From contig CM082597.2 of assembly GCA_040954595.2 (NCBI GenBank), positions 1,532,886 to 1,596,885 on the forward strand: a stretch of DNA of 64,000 nt, read 5' to 3'. Origin of the DNA: Balanoglossus misakiensis. Taxonomy: Eukaryota; Animalia; Hemichordata. Below, one piece after another: positions 51,701-63,802 of this stretch. The notes under the pieces are model-generated. The model saw nothing but the letters and a program-made list of their open reading frames with translations. It was not told the DNA's origin and did no database searches. The position numbers and the translations under genes were made by a program. The stretch's first letter is position 1, and every line of letters begins with the position of its first letter.

Positions 51701-52370
51701 AGGCGAGCGATCGAAATGGAAAACATGGCCAGTCGACCTTTTGCAAAGGTGCTTGTCTATGTAGACCCTGTGAAGCCTCCGATCTCACCCATTTTACCCA
51801 ATCGGAAGCCAAATAACAGACTTCCCAAATTACAAAGACGAGGCCAAGGGCAGGATTCATCGCGACCAAGGAGCCCACCACCTGAGGTGAGTTGTTGCAC
51901 CATCTACTCTCCCATTTGATTTGTGTATATATAAACCCTTTCACCATCATGGTCCGGTCCAGAACCATTGTTTTCTATGGTAAAGTTGGACCTCTATAGA
52001 AGGAACTGGGGGATATGTATACAGGATTGGTATTCTTTGGGTGGGATATTTGAGGTTAGAATAGGCTAGGTGATTATTCACTTGCCTTGAACTAACATGA
52101 CCCAATTCTTTTTTTATTTCACAGGATTTCAAGACACTGCCTCTGTCTGTGGAACCTACAGATGATGGCATAGCAGCTGTTGGAACCGTGATGTTTACCC
52201 TGCCAGGTGGCACATCTGCTCCTCTAAGAGGGTGTCTTGGTTCTTCTCTTGTTCTTCTCAAACACTCTCAGACCCGCATGACTGAGACGCGACCACCAGT
52301 ACGGCAGAAAGTGGCTGCCCCTCAGAGGAGGCTTTCGAGGCCGGGGCCACGATCTGCTGTTATTGCGTAG
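33767..52370 (+). CDS. MEGF8: Multiple EGF-like domains protein 8; ~42 exons, type I membrane protein
   Basis: Signal peptide and CUB ([33 protein letters not shown]), EGFs, Kelch repeats, PSI domains (CGWC), Ca-binding EGF ([21 protein letters not shown]), laminin-EGF, a second CUB/Kelch/PSI block, then [34 protein letters not shown] segment and cytoplasmic MASRPF motif. The duplicated architecture separates it from attractin. First exon 33767-33992, last 52125-52370. Confidence 0.95.
36308..36414. repeat. ~55-bp tandem duplication in a MEGF8 intron
   Basis: tgcattgtgggtagtggggagtgagaagaataaggtagcactgac occurs twice. Confidence 0.9.
37479..37500 (+). repeat. Poly-G tract (22 nt), intronic
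   Basis: Uninterrupted G run ~40 nt downstream of a MEGF8 donor site. Confidence 0.9.
39917..40001. mobile_element. ~85-bp piggyBac-type MITE copy
   Basis: ttaa-CCCTTTCACC...GAAAGGG-taaa; same family as 49053-49136. Confidence 0.7.
40544..40751. mobile_element. Tc1/mariner-type MITE (CAGT TIRs)
   Basis: TIRs cagtcaaacctgtgtta / taacacaggcttgactg followed by TA. Related fragments at ~35628-35651, ~47132-47200 and ~49808-49874. Confidence 0.7.
49053..49136. mobile_element. 84-bp piggyBac-type MITE with intact TTAA target duplication
   Basis: TTAA-ccctttcacc...ggtaaaaggg-TTAA. Related copies at ~32213-32291, 39917-40001, ~41111-41185, 50423-50507 and ~51936-52012. Confidence 0.8.
50423..50507. 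mobile_element. Diverged copy of the TTAA MITE (opposite orientation)
   Basis: ttaa-cctattcgccaacatggtttgacccaaatccattgttt...gtaaagttggatctgtaaagagagaatcagggatgaaaggg. Confidence 0.6.
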
Positions 52371-55300
52371 TGAGCTTCTTCAGATTTTGCATGGTGTGTT
52401 GAGTGAGATGTGACCAAGATGTGATGCAGACCCTTTTATTGCAATCCCTGACAGTGTTTTTGTTAAGGATGGTACCCCAGGAAATGTTAACCTAGTCATA
52501 CATGTATCAATGCATTTATATAAATGGGTATCAGAAATCTTACCAGGTTCCCAAACCAGTGTTCCCCAACCTTAGCAAAAACACTGTCTGTATAACCACC
52601 CAAGAAGCTGCAACGTGTTGTGAAGTTCCATTAATTCTTGTGGTGTTGTAAAAGCAATCTCTGCTATAATGTTTCCAGTACATATACAATGCAATATATA
52701 TTTGTTATTGCTGTAACTAAACTCACATGGTCACATGTGAGTTTGCAAGTTGCAGTAGTCATGTTGCAGATTTCTCAAAAATAGCCATGGAAGAATTTAC
52801 ATAAGAACTAAAAAGGAAGAGTTTGACGTAATATTCATAATACCAGATGGAATTTCCCACACAAATCAAATTTATCAAAACATTAATGATATCAACTACA
52901 GACTTTGATCCTTTCACACAAATGAATTAGAAATACTGGGACTACATTTTGCCACATGGTTCCAATTTTCAAATACATTTAACTAGGCAGCTGTTATACA
53001 GTCATTGACTTTAATACTCCGTTCAAAACTTATTTTTTCACAAAGGCTGAAGCTTATTTTTATATTGTGTACTGATATAACTCTCACTGAGTTTTGAAAA
53101 CTCAAACCCTTCTGGAATAAGAATGAAGAGAAGTTTGGCAGCTTCTCTGTTTATTTTTCAATGAAAGAGAGTTCTCATGTAAGAAGACAGCGGCCATTTT
53201 GCTCCTGAACAAATAAGAATTGGTTGAAACAGCAGCCGTGATTGGCTGGCCATGTGTGACGTCATGAATTTCTATTGTTACTCACCCAATTGCATTGTAC
53301 CAGATTCAGTCCCTTGATTTCCAATTTAACCAAGATTTAATTATGGTAAAATCACTATGTCCTAATCATGTTTATCGATAAGATTTCATCCGAACTTTTC
53401 AGAGGATTAACATAATACCCCTAATCATGATAAAAGTCCTTTTTACACAAGCAATCATTTATATACAATAAACTGTCATATCATTTGTATTCCCTTCCCT
53501 CATCACCAAGAACATAGCCAGGCTGGAGCAGAAATCATGTTGATCAATGCACAAATGAGCTTACCAAACGCATCTTGGAAATCAACAAAGCATGATCCTG
53601 AGTGACATTGCATCAAAGATATAAATTGGTCACATTTTTGTGAAATGTAAAATTGAACTGGATTTTGAAAGTGAATGGACAAAGCAACTTCTGGATCACA
53701 TTTTTGGTGTAGAAGAATTTGAAGTCTTATGAAGACTATACTATAGTGTGTTTCAGATGTAAACTTTATTTTTACTGAACATTTATTGACACGGTATGTA
53801 CATGTATTCAATCGCTTTGCTGCGAACAATTTGAGCAGCAAGTTCTCTGAAAATCAAATATGTTTATTGAAACTGAAAAATAATATGTTTTCAGAAATTA
53901 ATTTTGATAGAGTACATCATTACCATAATGAAAGCATCGATGTCATCTTTAGAAAAAAAATTGTAAATTACATGTGACTCAGAATGTCAAAATTTCATTG
54001 AAAGGCATATTGGTCAGGATTTATTTTCTAAGGCCAGTAACTGTGGGGATACTTGTGTGTGTGTGTGAGGGGAGGGGGAAGTATGGAAAAGTTAGAATTA
54101 CACATCTAAGGCAAAACATGGATATTGTGTGCTATAGTGCTGCAGGAGATATTTTTTAATGATTTTTTTTTTCACGTTAGAATTATGTCAATTATGAAGG
54201 GAATGAGTGTGTTACACAATGTATATAAGATATCCCTTCCTCTTTTTATTTTATTCTTCGGAAAATGTTTCCAGGATTTGCAAGATGTAAATATGGCGTA
54301 GAATCTTTGTTTAGATAGCAATAAACGTTTGTATGAAATCGGTTCCATTTTTCTGGACATGATCATTATTACGTCCTGGTTCAGACATTTCTGTGCTGGT
54401 GTGTGGTCATCCCACAAAGTTGTCTGGTTGAGACGCTGCTGTTAAGAATCAGTAACATTGTACTTTCTTTACGCCCAGATATTTGTTCACCAGGTACTTA
54501 CCTTTATCCTGTCCATAACACCAACAATGTTAGGTGGGAAATGACAGGGTGGTTAAAGCACGCATGAGTGCTCTTTGACATATCTGTCAGTTCAGATAAG
54601 CAATGCAAGCAAAGTGAAATTCCTTTTATCGGATAGTCCCACTGCCATTTTGACAGTTCAATACACGTATGTTGCACGTAGTCACTTTCTATGAGGAACA
54701 TTAACGAGAAGTTAGTTTTATGATCATGTGATTACATTTCTGGTGCAGATTTCCTGGTTTAGAAGACCGGGCGTGGTAGTGGTTAAAAATTTTAGACGTA
54801 GGACACGGACGCTTGGTAGTGAGCCATGTTGGTGTAATCTCTGTTGAATTTAATGTTCGTCTTTTCGCTGTGATAGCCAGCGAATAATCTCTTGATCGCA
54901 AGATTTTGCTGTCGGAGACGTTGCGTGGTCGTGTTTGTCGGCTGAGTACGTTTGATTTTGAAAAGGCCAGACTCCGATTCCTTGAGAATATTCAATTTTG
55001 GCGTGATTTACACTAAGCTACGGTGAGTTTTCTCTTTCTTTGTATCAGTACAGTGAACAACCAGTTTTATTCTTTGTAATATTTTTAAAACTTCTCACAT
55101 ACTTCAATATAGCAAAGAATTGGAAGGTTTGAAGGTCGTTCATTTTTCTGAAAATCTGTTTCCGCGGCGCATACTACACTCATGCAAAGTGTGTTTCCCT
55201 TTAGCATGCATGCCTGTCAAATAAGTAAGTGTTATGAAACGCCTTCTACCAGACACTTCCCCTTGCAATCTCAACACAACTGAAGTATATAGAGTTTTTT

Positions 55301-55690
55301 TTTTAATTTTCTTTCCTCGAGAACTAAAGGAAAGAGCTAGTGCGATGTGACATGACATTTTGTCTTAAGTATATGAACATTCCCTCTGGATTTGGTTATC
55401 TAATTTCTACAGATGTTTTAGAACATTCGAAATGTTTGTTAGTGCACGAATTCACAACTACAATGTTGTCTTTCTTCACAACGGCGGTATTTTTTAGCAG
55501 AACTCTGTCAAGATCGATAAAGAGGTCATGCGTTTGTCGGTGTGGTGGTAATAAATAACGCGTAGCTAGTTATTTATACCGGAATGTCATTTCAAATAGT
55601 ACGACGTTTATTTTATTTATAAAAAACATGATTGTAAATAACTGAATATATATTTTATTTACCTTTACATACTTAAGGCTTTCTTCTAAA

Positions 55691-57356
55691 ATGCAAGAGC
55701 CTCCGTGTGAACAAGAACAGGTTGCCATAGAGATGACGGATGCATCTCAGGTCTTGCCAGCACCAACACAACAACCCACAAGGTTGATGATCGCCCAGCG
55801 CAATATTGCTGGACTTGGGCTTTGGCAGTGTTATCTGGGTGGAATTGCAGTATTCTGCGGAGCAGTTGGAACGGTAGCCGGCTTTTGTTTGCATTTCTTG
55901 GGCTCAGGGTTATGGTGCGGCAGTTTTGTAAGTAAGAACATATTTCTTAAATGTAGTCACGAATCAGGGAAGGCGAAGATGTGTAGACGAAACTGTATCC
56001 GTGCGCAAGTTCACATAATGTAGTGGCAACATGCTATGAAGCCACCATTGGCCATAGTACTTCACACTTTTAATGACGTAATAGCGGTTAATACTTATTC
56101 ACACAACATCTTGAATAAAAGTATGTTATTTTGTTATTCTTAGTTCATAGTAACCGGGATTGTCGGCCGTGTAGCAGCAATTAAGATGACAAATGGAAAA
56201 GTAAGTTATGGAATATTCTTCTATTGCTTACCCTGCCCACAAACGTAGTTTGAAAGCCAATGGTAATTGCCAAACCGAAAATATTCTCCCACGTGCAATT
56301 CAGACGAATCCAGTCATTTAAAGTAAATGATGAGAAGTTGTTGATTACTGGGTAATACTTGTTGACTCTGTTCACAGATTATAGCTTTCATGGTACTGTC
56401 AATCATCTCGGCGTCCTTCTTTGCTGGTTATCTGTTTATCTTCGCTATTGCTTCAATGATCTCACAAAAAATAAGCTGCGGTGGGTGGAGTGATTTTATT
56501 GTAAGTAAATACACCAGTTTGATGGAAATTCAGCCAACCAAGTGATTGGTCAACAAACGACAGAAAGTGGGTAGATTTCACGAGTGAGTTGCTGGATGAA
56601 TGATTGAATTGATAGGTGTGTGTGTGTGTGGGTGGGGGATGGGTGTAACTGGTGCTATGTTTGATGAACTCCTATAATGCAAGAACAATCTAACAATCTA
56701 TCAATCAATATCGGGATTACCACAAAAAGACACAAGGGGCTGATTAGTATAACTGTTTGTCTTCATTACACAGTTGTTTGCAATGGAGATTGATATTATC
56801 ATACTCATTGTTGCCATCACTGAATGCGTTATTGCCATTAAATCATACAAATTCTGTAGAGCTGTTTACTGGTGGCGCCATCAACTGGTGAGTGAAAACC
56901 TGTCTAAATCTATAAGGCATTCTACTTTCAAATCAATTCAGTGTAAATGAGGTTGTTGGTAAGCTCATACACGTGCATCTAAGTCTAACCCCACTCGTTT
57001 CATAGGTTGTGGATGATGTCCCAACAGAAGGGGCAGGAACCAGCGATCCAAATGATCTGCCATTTGAGGACACCCAGCGTATACCCCAACCAACAGAGTC
57101 TCCTGCCACGATGACTCCGAATGCAGAGTTATCTTCTGGACACCAGCACACCCAGCAAACACAACCACCGCAGCAGTTGCAGCAAGCACAGCCACTAAAA
57201 GTGCCAGAGTGCATGCTGCAGCAGACACGAGATGTCACCATCGGAGGGGAAGCAACCTCAAACACCACCAGTAACGCTGCTTCAAGCAATCCTCCGGATT
57301 ATTATATCGATGATGATATGACACCTCGCTTATTAGAACACGAAGCTCTTCCTTAG
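55691..57356 (+). CDS. MS4A/CD20-like four-transmembrane protein; 5 coding exons, ~293 aa
   Basis: Exons 55691-55927, 56144-56200, 56378-56500, 56774-56887, 57006-57356 are all phase 0 (882 nt). LGLWQCYLGG...GSGLWCGSF|FIVTGIVG is the CD20-family TM1/TM2 signature, followed by two more hydrophobic helices and a P/Q/T-rich tail with PPDY. Probable non-coding first exon ends at ~55022. Confidence 0.8.
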
Positions 57357-57698
57357 ACATAAGCTAGGTTAGATGTCCAATGTAGTCTCTGTAAGCAGAT
57401 TGTAGTAGCCTGTGTCAGCCAGCCTGAACAACTGGTTCATGATACGTTTGTATTTTTATACACCCAAGTATTTTAGATAACAACTTTGTAAGAACCAACT
57501 AAACTCATTTGAGTGTCTAGATATAACACTAAAAGTGAAGAATAACCTAGATATTATTGATACTATCTTTACTATGCATTGGTTCCTGTTCACAGAAATT
57601 TGCTTAGACTATTTACTTTAGGTGTGCATATGTTTTTGCCTTGTCAGTGATGTATTTGAATCTTGAATTCAATTTGGTGATCGACACACGTATTTGCA

Positions 57699-58514
57699 TG
57701 TTGTAGATACAGTCACGTGGTGTTTACGAGTAAGAGTAGATCACTGAGCAGGAGGGGTCAAAGGTAGAAGGTACAACTTTGCATACTGCAAGTGCTGCAC
57801 CTGTCATCGATTACAGCAATCGGTTTTCAGACCATGCTTGGAACAGACTTGCGAAACCGGACGTCTAAAAGGCTGATGCTTCTGGCCTCCAGTAGGGTTC
57901 TTCTGGTCACTGCTTGCTGCTCCAGGGTGCAGGGTCGCCATTTTCGTTTGTATCCGTGTTAGTTGGACGTGTGTTCATTTGTGTACCTGTCAGCCTACCA
58001 GCAATATAATGGCATGCCAGCCCGGGTCAATTACCCACGTATACGCCTGCACTGTCTACTCGAACTCACTGCACTGCCAGTTAGTTTGCCGTCTGCGTAT
58101 ACAGTCTTCAACCAAGTAGCGGTGTTCCGGCCACAGGAAATCGTCGTGTCGTCGGTTGCCAGCACTTGTTCCGTCGTTCTTCGTTTGGAGACTGTGAAGA
58201 CTGTTTTTGCTGTGAGTATTTCTGTGCAAAATGTGTCGTCACCTGCATTATTATATTAAGTTCTTAGAGAAGTGTTTTAGTGTGCTTAGTTTTTGCATTT
58301 TGTTGTTTTGGTGTACATAACAGACTAGTTAAATCACAATCACTTGTGTGTGAGAGTCATTTGCCAAGTAGAAGAAAATGGTCCAAGAATGGTTGAAATT
58401 TAGTTCCAATGACGTGACTCGTTGCGCTTGGAAGTATACATAATTACATGTTACGTAACTTAATTAAACTAAACTAAACAAAACTTTAACTTGATTAAGT
58501 ACAGCGCCACGACA
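57699..58514. mobile_element. Possible solo LTR
   Basis: TG...CA ends with imperfect 8-bp inverted termini (tgttgtag/ccacgaca), near-matching 4-bp flanks (tgca/ggca), CpG-rich interior and an A-rich signal near the 3' end. No second copy in the window. Confidence 0.22.
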
Positions 58515-61500
58515 GGCACAACCTTGCATAGGCTTTTGTTTTTAGGCGTAGAGCGAGGATTGAATTATACCTGATCGACACTCACCACCCGCGCCCCCAG
58601 TGGCCCAAATGAATACCCATATTAGGGTTCGATATTTGACATAGTTGACCTTGAGGTGGCTGTCCCTTTTACTGTTACCGTGTTAGACTGTACGCTGAGT
58701 TCAAGGTACTTTAATTAGAGTAATTTTTTCGGTCAGCGAACCATATACAGATCATTGGACGATAACTATCTGTTACACCCCAGAGTACACTGGGGAAAAG
58801 TCCCCCTGGGTAAGGGCAACACATATGTACACAAGTATTGTGTTGGCAACGCTTACAGGTAACCTTAGTGATAGCATGACAACCAGGCCAGTCTCAAACA
58901 TACCATGTGCTCGTGCGTAGACAAGGGAACAAATCGTCTGTGTAGAGATCTACGTAATCTGTCACCTAATAACGATGCCTTTAAGAAATAAGTAGACGTT
59001 TATGTAAACAGAGAGTGGCTGGGTGTTCAATCGACAGGCTGTTTTACGATCCAAAGAATTGGCTCCGAGTCCTTCGCTACGAACTATTTACCCGGCCACG
59101 TTACTGGCACTCGAGCCGATAATCCATATAACGGATTCCACGCTCCGTTGAAGTGTTTATGTAAGGGTTTGCCTGTAGTTGTAATTCAACCACGTAACTC
59201 AATTAGTTACGTGCCGTAACGACCTACACACCTGGGTTGGAGCGTGCCTATACTGTCTCTGTCAGGTGTCTTTTTGACTTTCTCCCCGTACATATATGTC
59301 TGTCGGTCGGTCGGTCTGCATCCACTAAGTGAATCAGTTTCAGGGACAAGCTCTGATATTTACATAATTAGAAAACGATGGTCAAGGATAAGAATATGAA
59401 CTATGGGGGGAATACCCCCATTACAAATGCAATAAGTTTTAAGATTTCCTGTGTCGAAAGAATCGTGTGATTTGGTTCATTTATGAGTATTTGTTGGGGT
59501 GGTTATCGATAGGATGTGCACGTAAATTTGGAGTTTTATTCGCAGTTGGTATGGCGACCCCACGTAATTGCTGTCCTGCTCAATTGCGCGGTCACACTAT
59601 TGAATAACACATCTAAAATCGCGTTCATGAAAACCTCCGGAGTAAACAACACACACCGCCGCCCAAACAAATTCGATTTCACGTCAACCGTGTGTACAAA
59701 CACAAAGGGGTCATCTGTGTGTGTTGGAAAACATTATTCCATAGAGAGACCTGTGTACTGACGTCAATCACTCAGACACAATACCCTTTATCGCGAGAAC
59801 AATATCATACAACGGATCTTTAACAATGCCTGTGCAAAATAGAGCATGTAAGAACTGCGAAAATATCCCGCTGCAAACAAAGGTGGGTGATTGTGCGCAG
59901 CTACTGCTCTCAATATAAAATAGGGTTCTGCTGAAAATGCCAAGTCTTCAAATTGCAGAAATATTGAACTGCGTACTTAGCACACGAGGGTCAGCAAGGG
60001 GTCTGTGACCTGACAATATTCGGCCTCCCTCAACAACGGGACGAGGTTTGCGTCAACAGCGGGTGTGGTCTTCCTGAGGTGCATTGTAAGAAGGCATGAA
60101 AAGATCTTTAAGACGCCGTTATCACGGCACCATTGTCGTCTGAGACGATGTGCGTTTTAACGGCTGTTCTGAGCTGCACTGGTTGAGCAATGTCAACAAA
60201 GGCGACGCAACGCAAGTGCCAAAAGAAGGCAGTCTTCATGGTGCATGCATTATTCCCCCAAATAACGGTTATGCAAACTATTCACTGTCGGCATTCCCTT
60301 GTATATTTTCTAATTACCCCAATGCACGAATGATTACCCTTAGCAACCAAGAATTAACAAGGCTGCAAACAAACCAATGAACTGCATAACATGTAATCGG
60401 TCGTTTCAAATGGATACCGGGAACGCAGGTGTCACCATGTTCTAAAAAGAAAAACACTATTGAAGTAGTATTAAGTAAGAGAAAAATCTTTCTAAGATTT
60501 TACTCAACGTATAGTCTGCAAGAGCAGTAGTTCTCTGCATTTTCAGAAAGCGGTTGATAATTTTGCAAGGTTTAATGCAGATTGTTTATAGACAATTTTC
60601 GGTGTTTAATAAGATGTGCGAGAGTTTCGCCAGGTGAAAGACATAACCTTCAGTGATAAATTTTCCAGAACAAAAAATGGCGTCTTGTTTCTTGTTGCTT
60701 TTTTCTTTGCCTTTGAAAGGTAGTCTGGATTCAGTGAAGATTAATCAAAGCGTCGATTGTTGTTCATTGGTTGGCAAAGGCGCTTTAGAAGGGTCCCTCG
60801 CTTTTGATGGACATGAGTGCCAACGCCTTCATCTTTGAATTAAGTTAAGTGTGTTTGAGCAAACTCTATCCCAAGAGACGCTATTCACTGGTTCTTTAGT
60901 GTGATCAGCTTGAATGTACGGATACACGTGGAGGAATGTAACTTTTTGACACTTCTTTTCGGGTACAGTCGCTTTGGCCGCAAGGTACATTCATTGTTAT
61001 GGGCACAGTGGGCTGACAATCATGTCCAGGCTGAAGTTGTCGTTTTGGCCTTAGATTGCAAGTACATTTGCTGTTCCTATAAGTAGCAAACATGCAAACT
61101 AGTACACGCAATATACAAGTTTTTGAGATAAGAAGAGCAGCACAATCAAATTTGTCCAATGATTTGAGTGACGTCCGCCAACCCAAGTTATACTCAATTT
61201 ATTTGCTGATGCGACTTAGCAAGAATGGAAACATCATGAAAACTTATCATATTGAAACTTAACGTTTTGGTAAAAACGGTAAACAACATGTAGCATCTTT
61301 ATCAATCGTGCAAACTTTGAGAAGTAAGCTTATGAAAGATATATAAGCAAATCAACAAATCAATTATGCCTCCAGTATTTTTATAAAAAATGGAGAGAAA
61401 AGAAAGTTTTTTGGATAACTGTAACGTCACTTGTTCCTTATACGGATACGGGATTTTACTGAGAGCTTAACATTTCTATTTTTCTTTCGGGGAGCAAGTT

Positions 61501-61738
61501 ACATTGTTCTCGGCGAGAGATTTATGTTTAAAAAAAAACTTGGCAGGTATACCCCTACCGCAATAAATAGACTTTCCCGAGGTTGGCGCAGCATTGTGTA
61601 TATGAGTGAGCGTAGTTGTCTCCCCTAGCAACAATACTTAAGTACGTCAGTTGTGTCGGTGGTGAGGCAGTCAGTAGCTCCTTTGGACTTGTCGAGGACG
61701 AACGTACAACGCCTAAGACTGTTCAGAAACCTGTAACC

Positions 61739-63802
61739 ATGAAACGTTTAGTCCTTGCCATTTCTGGCGTGTTGCTGTGTGCGGCAGGTAAGCGTGAATT
61801 TCCTCAATTTGCTGATAATCCTCAGTTTCTTTTTAGATGGTGCAACGCTGTTCATGAGGAAAGCTTGCTAATTTAGCTTTAATTCCCTTTTAGTTTACTC
61901 TTACAGACTTTTATTATTCCTTCTTGTCATCTCTTACTTTTTTTCCTAAGAACGTATTTTCCCTTTGTCATTTTCTGTTAGGGATAGACACAGGCGCTTG
62001 TACAGATGCTATTTCAGTTTTTTAATAATTGTAAAGTGACTAAAAACGATGAATCAGTAGCTTAGACGATGTCTCGACTTTGCGTCAAACGAGCGCTCTC
62101 GCTATGTTCCGGCCTAGGCCTCAGTGGGGTAATAGGCCTAGGCCCGAACATAGCGAGAGCGCTCGTTTGACGCAAGGTCGGGACATCGTCTAAGCTACTG
62201 ATTTATCGTTTTTAGTCACTTTACAATTATTAAAAAACTGAAATAGCATCTGCATAAGCGCCTGTGGGGATAGACATTCAAAATCTTAAATATCACAGTC
62301 CCTCCGCACACTTTGTTAATATATACAATGATTTGCCCACAGCTGTGTTCGGTGCAACCACAGACAACGGTGCCACCCATTGCTACGCATGTTCCGGCGA
62401 AACATGGAACATGGATTGCAGGAGACCTGGGGACGTGGTCACTTGTGACAAGAACGTAAGTATCTGAGAGGATAAAGTTGACAAGTCAATCACTCCCAGC
62501 CTTCCCTTTGCGTTAAAATATTTCTCAACTAGGATTTATGAATGAATCTCTTGGAATGAATCTCTCTGTGACTGCGCACAATTGTACAACTTCTCGATAA
62601 CGCCACAGACCCAAATGCGGTGATATTGCAGAACGATTCTGAAATATTGGTTTCCAAACTTTATAGACTAGCTTCCAGTGCCGCGGTGTATTTGTATACC
62701 ATGTAGCAGTTGTGTGGCAATTATGTTTATTTGCTCTTTTTGCTAGGAATACTGTCAGACAGAATTTAAGAACGACAAGGGAGATCTGACCATCACCAAA
62801 AGATGCAAGGAATCCAATGTAAGTTATAGACTTTATAGTTATACTTGACAAGTAGAGGATCAATCTCTGACAAGTTCTTGACCATTAACATTACTTTGCA
62901 CCAAGGATTAACATCATCACTTACACTGTGTAATATTTTTTTTGTGTTAACAGGCCTGCTTGAAGCAGGACGAAAACAAACACAGATACTGCGCTGATGG
63001 TATTGTCAAGAGCAAGTGCCGGTATTGCTGCAAGGATGACAACTGTAATGATGATCTGACACACTATCACGAGGTGTTTGGTGAGTTTACATGAGTGTTC
63101 TAAACTACTCTGATTGTGTGTGTGTTCCTCCTAGATAGGAGGATTGCTTGTCAATTGTTAGGAATATTCAGACATACGCGAAACACAATGTATCCTACGT
63201 AATGCACGTAGATTTATTTAGAGATAAGATTTGGTAGCTATATTTTTTATCCACGGGGCAGTTTCTGCCGACAAAATGTCTCAGATCACATTTGAGGGTC
63301 CCGAGCTGGGATAGTGCGTAACAGCGGCCATGTTTGTTGTCTCACTCAGATACAAATTCCCGGAACTACTTTCTTTGTTCGGTTCACAAGATTTCACTTT
63401 TGTAGAAATCTGTCATCTGGCAAATTCTTCGCCACAGCGTATCTTTAGTGCTCTCATTTTGCCATGCAAGACATCTTGAAATAACATGTGTATTCTATGG
63501 CGGTCATTTTAACACAGATGGCTGTGGTCCATGGAGTGGATGGACCGGATGCGAAGACTGCTCTCGCACTCGCACTCGCACCTGTGGCGAATCGTCGAAA
63601 TCCGGTTCCGGTTCTAAATCTGGTTCTAAATCTGGTACCGGTTCTGGTTCTCGCGAAAGGAGGAGACGGGATGTCTCGAGCGAAGAGGAAATCGAAGAAG
63701 AGGAGAGGGACAAGAGAAGTAAAAGCGGAAGTAAAAGTGGAAGTAAAAGCGGAAGTGGAGAGCTGTACACTGAAGAACAAACGGACGATTGCTGTGTCAC
63801 CA
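61739..63802 (+). CDS. Secreted Ly6/uPAR (three-finger) + thrombospondin type-1 repeat protein; 5' partial (continues beyond window)
   Basis: Exons 61739-61787 (signal peptide MKRLVLAISGVLLCAA), 62343-62455, 62747-62818, 62954-63080, 63518-63802 are phase-consistent. LU domain CYAC...C...C...CQTE...ITKRC...C...C...CRYCCKDDNCN; TSP1 CGPWSGWTGCEDCSRTRTRTC...EEQTDDCC with an S/K/G-rich insert. Confidence 0.8.
61989..62266. mobile_element. 278-bp fully palindromic MITE with 8-bp TSD (P-element/hAT type)
   Basis: ~133-bp arms are near-perfect reverse complements around a 12-nt loop (cagtggggtaat). Ends CACAGG...CCTGTG; exact flanking duplication gggataga at 61981-61988 and 62267-62274. Confidence 0.92.

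Noticed and set aside
33767-52370. Attractin/ATRNL1 instead of MEGF8
   Set aside because: Two CUB-Kelch-PSI blocks, no C-type lectin domain, and the [22 protein letters not shown] signature indicate MEGF8.
58600-61600. Short ORFs in the region upstream of the LU-TSP1 gene
   Set aside because: No splice-consistent exon chain or recognisable motifs; treated as intergenic or regulatory DNA.
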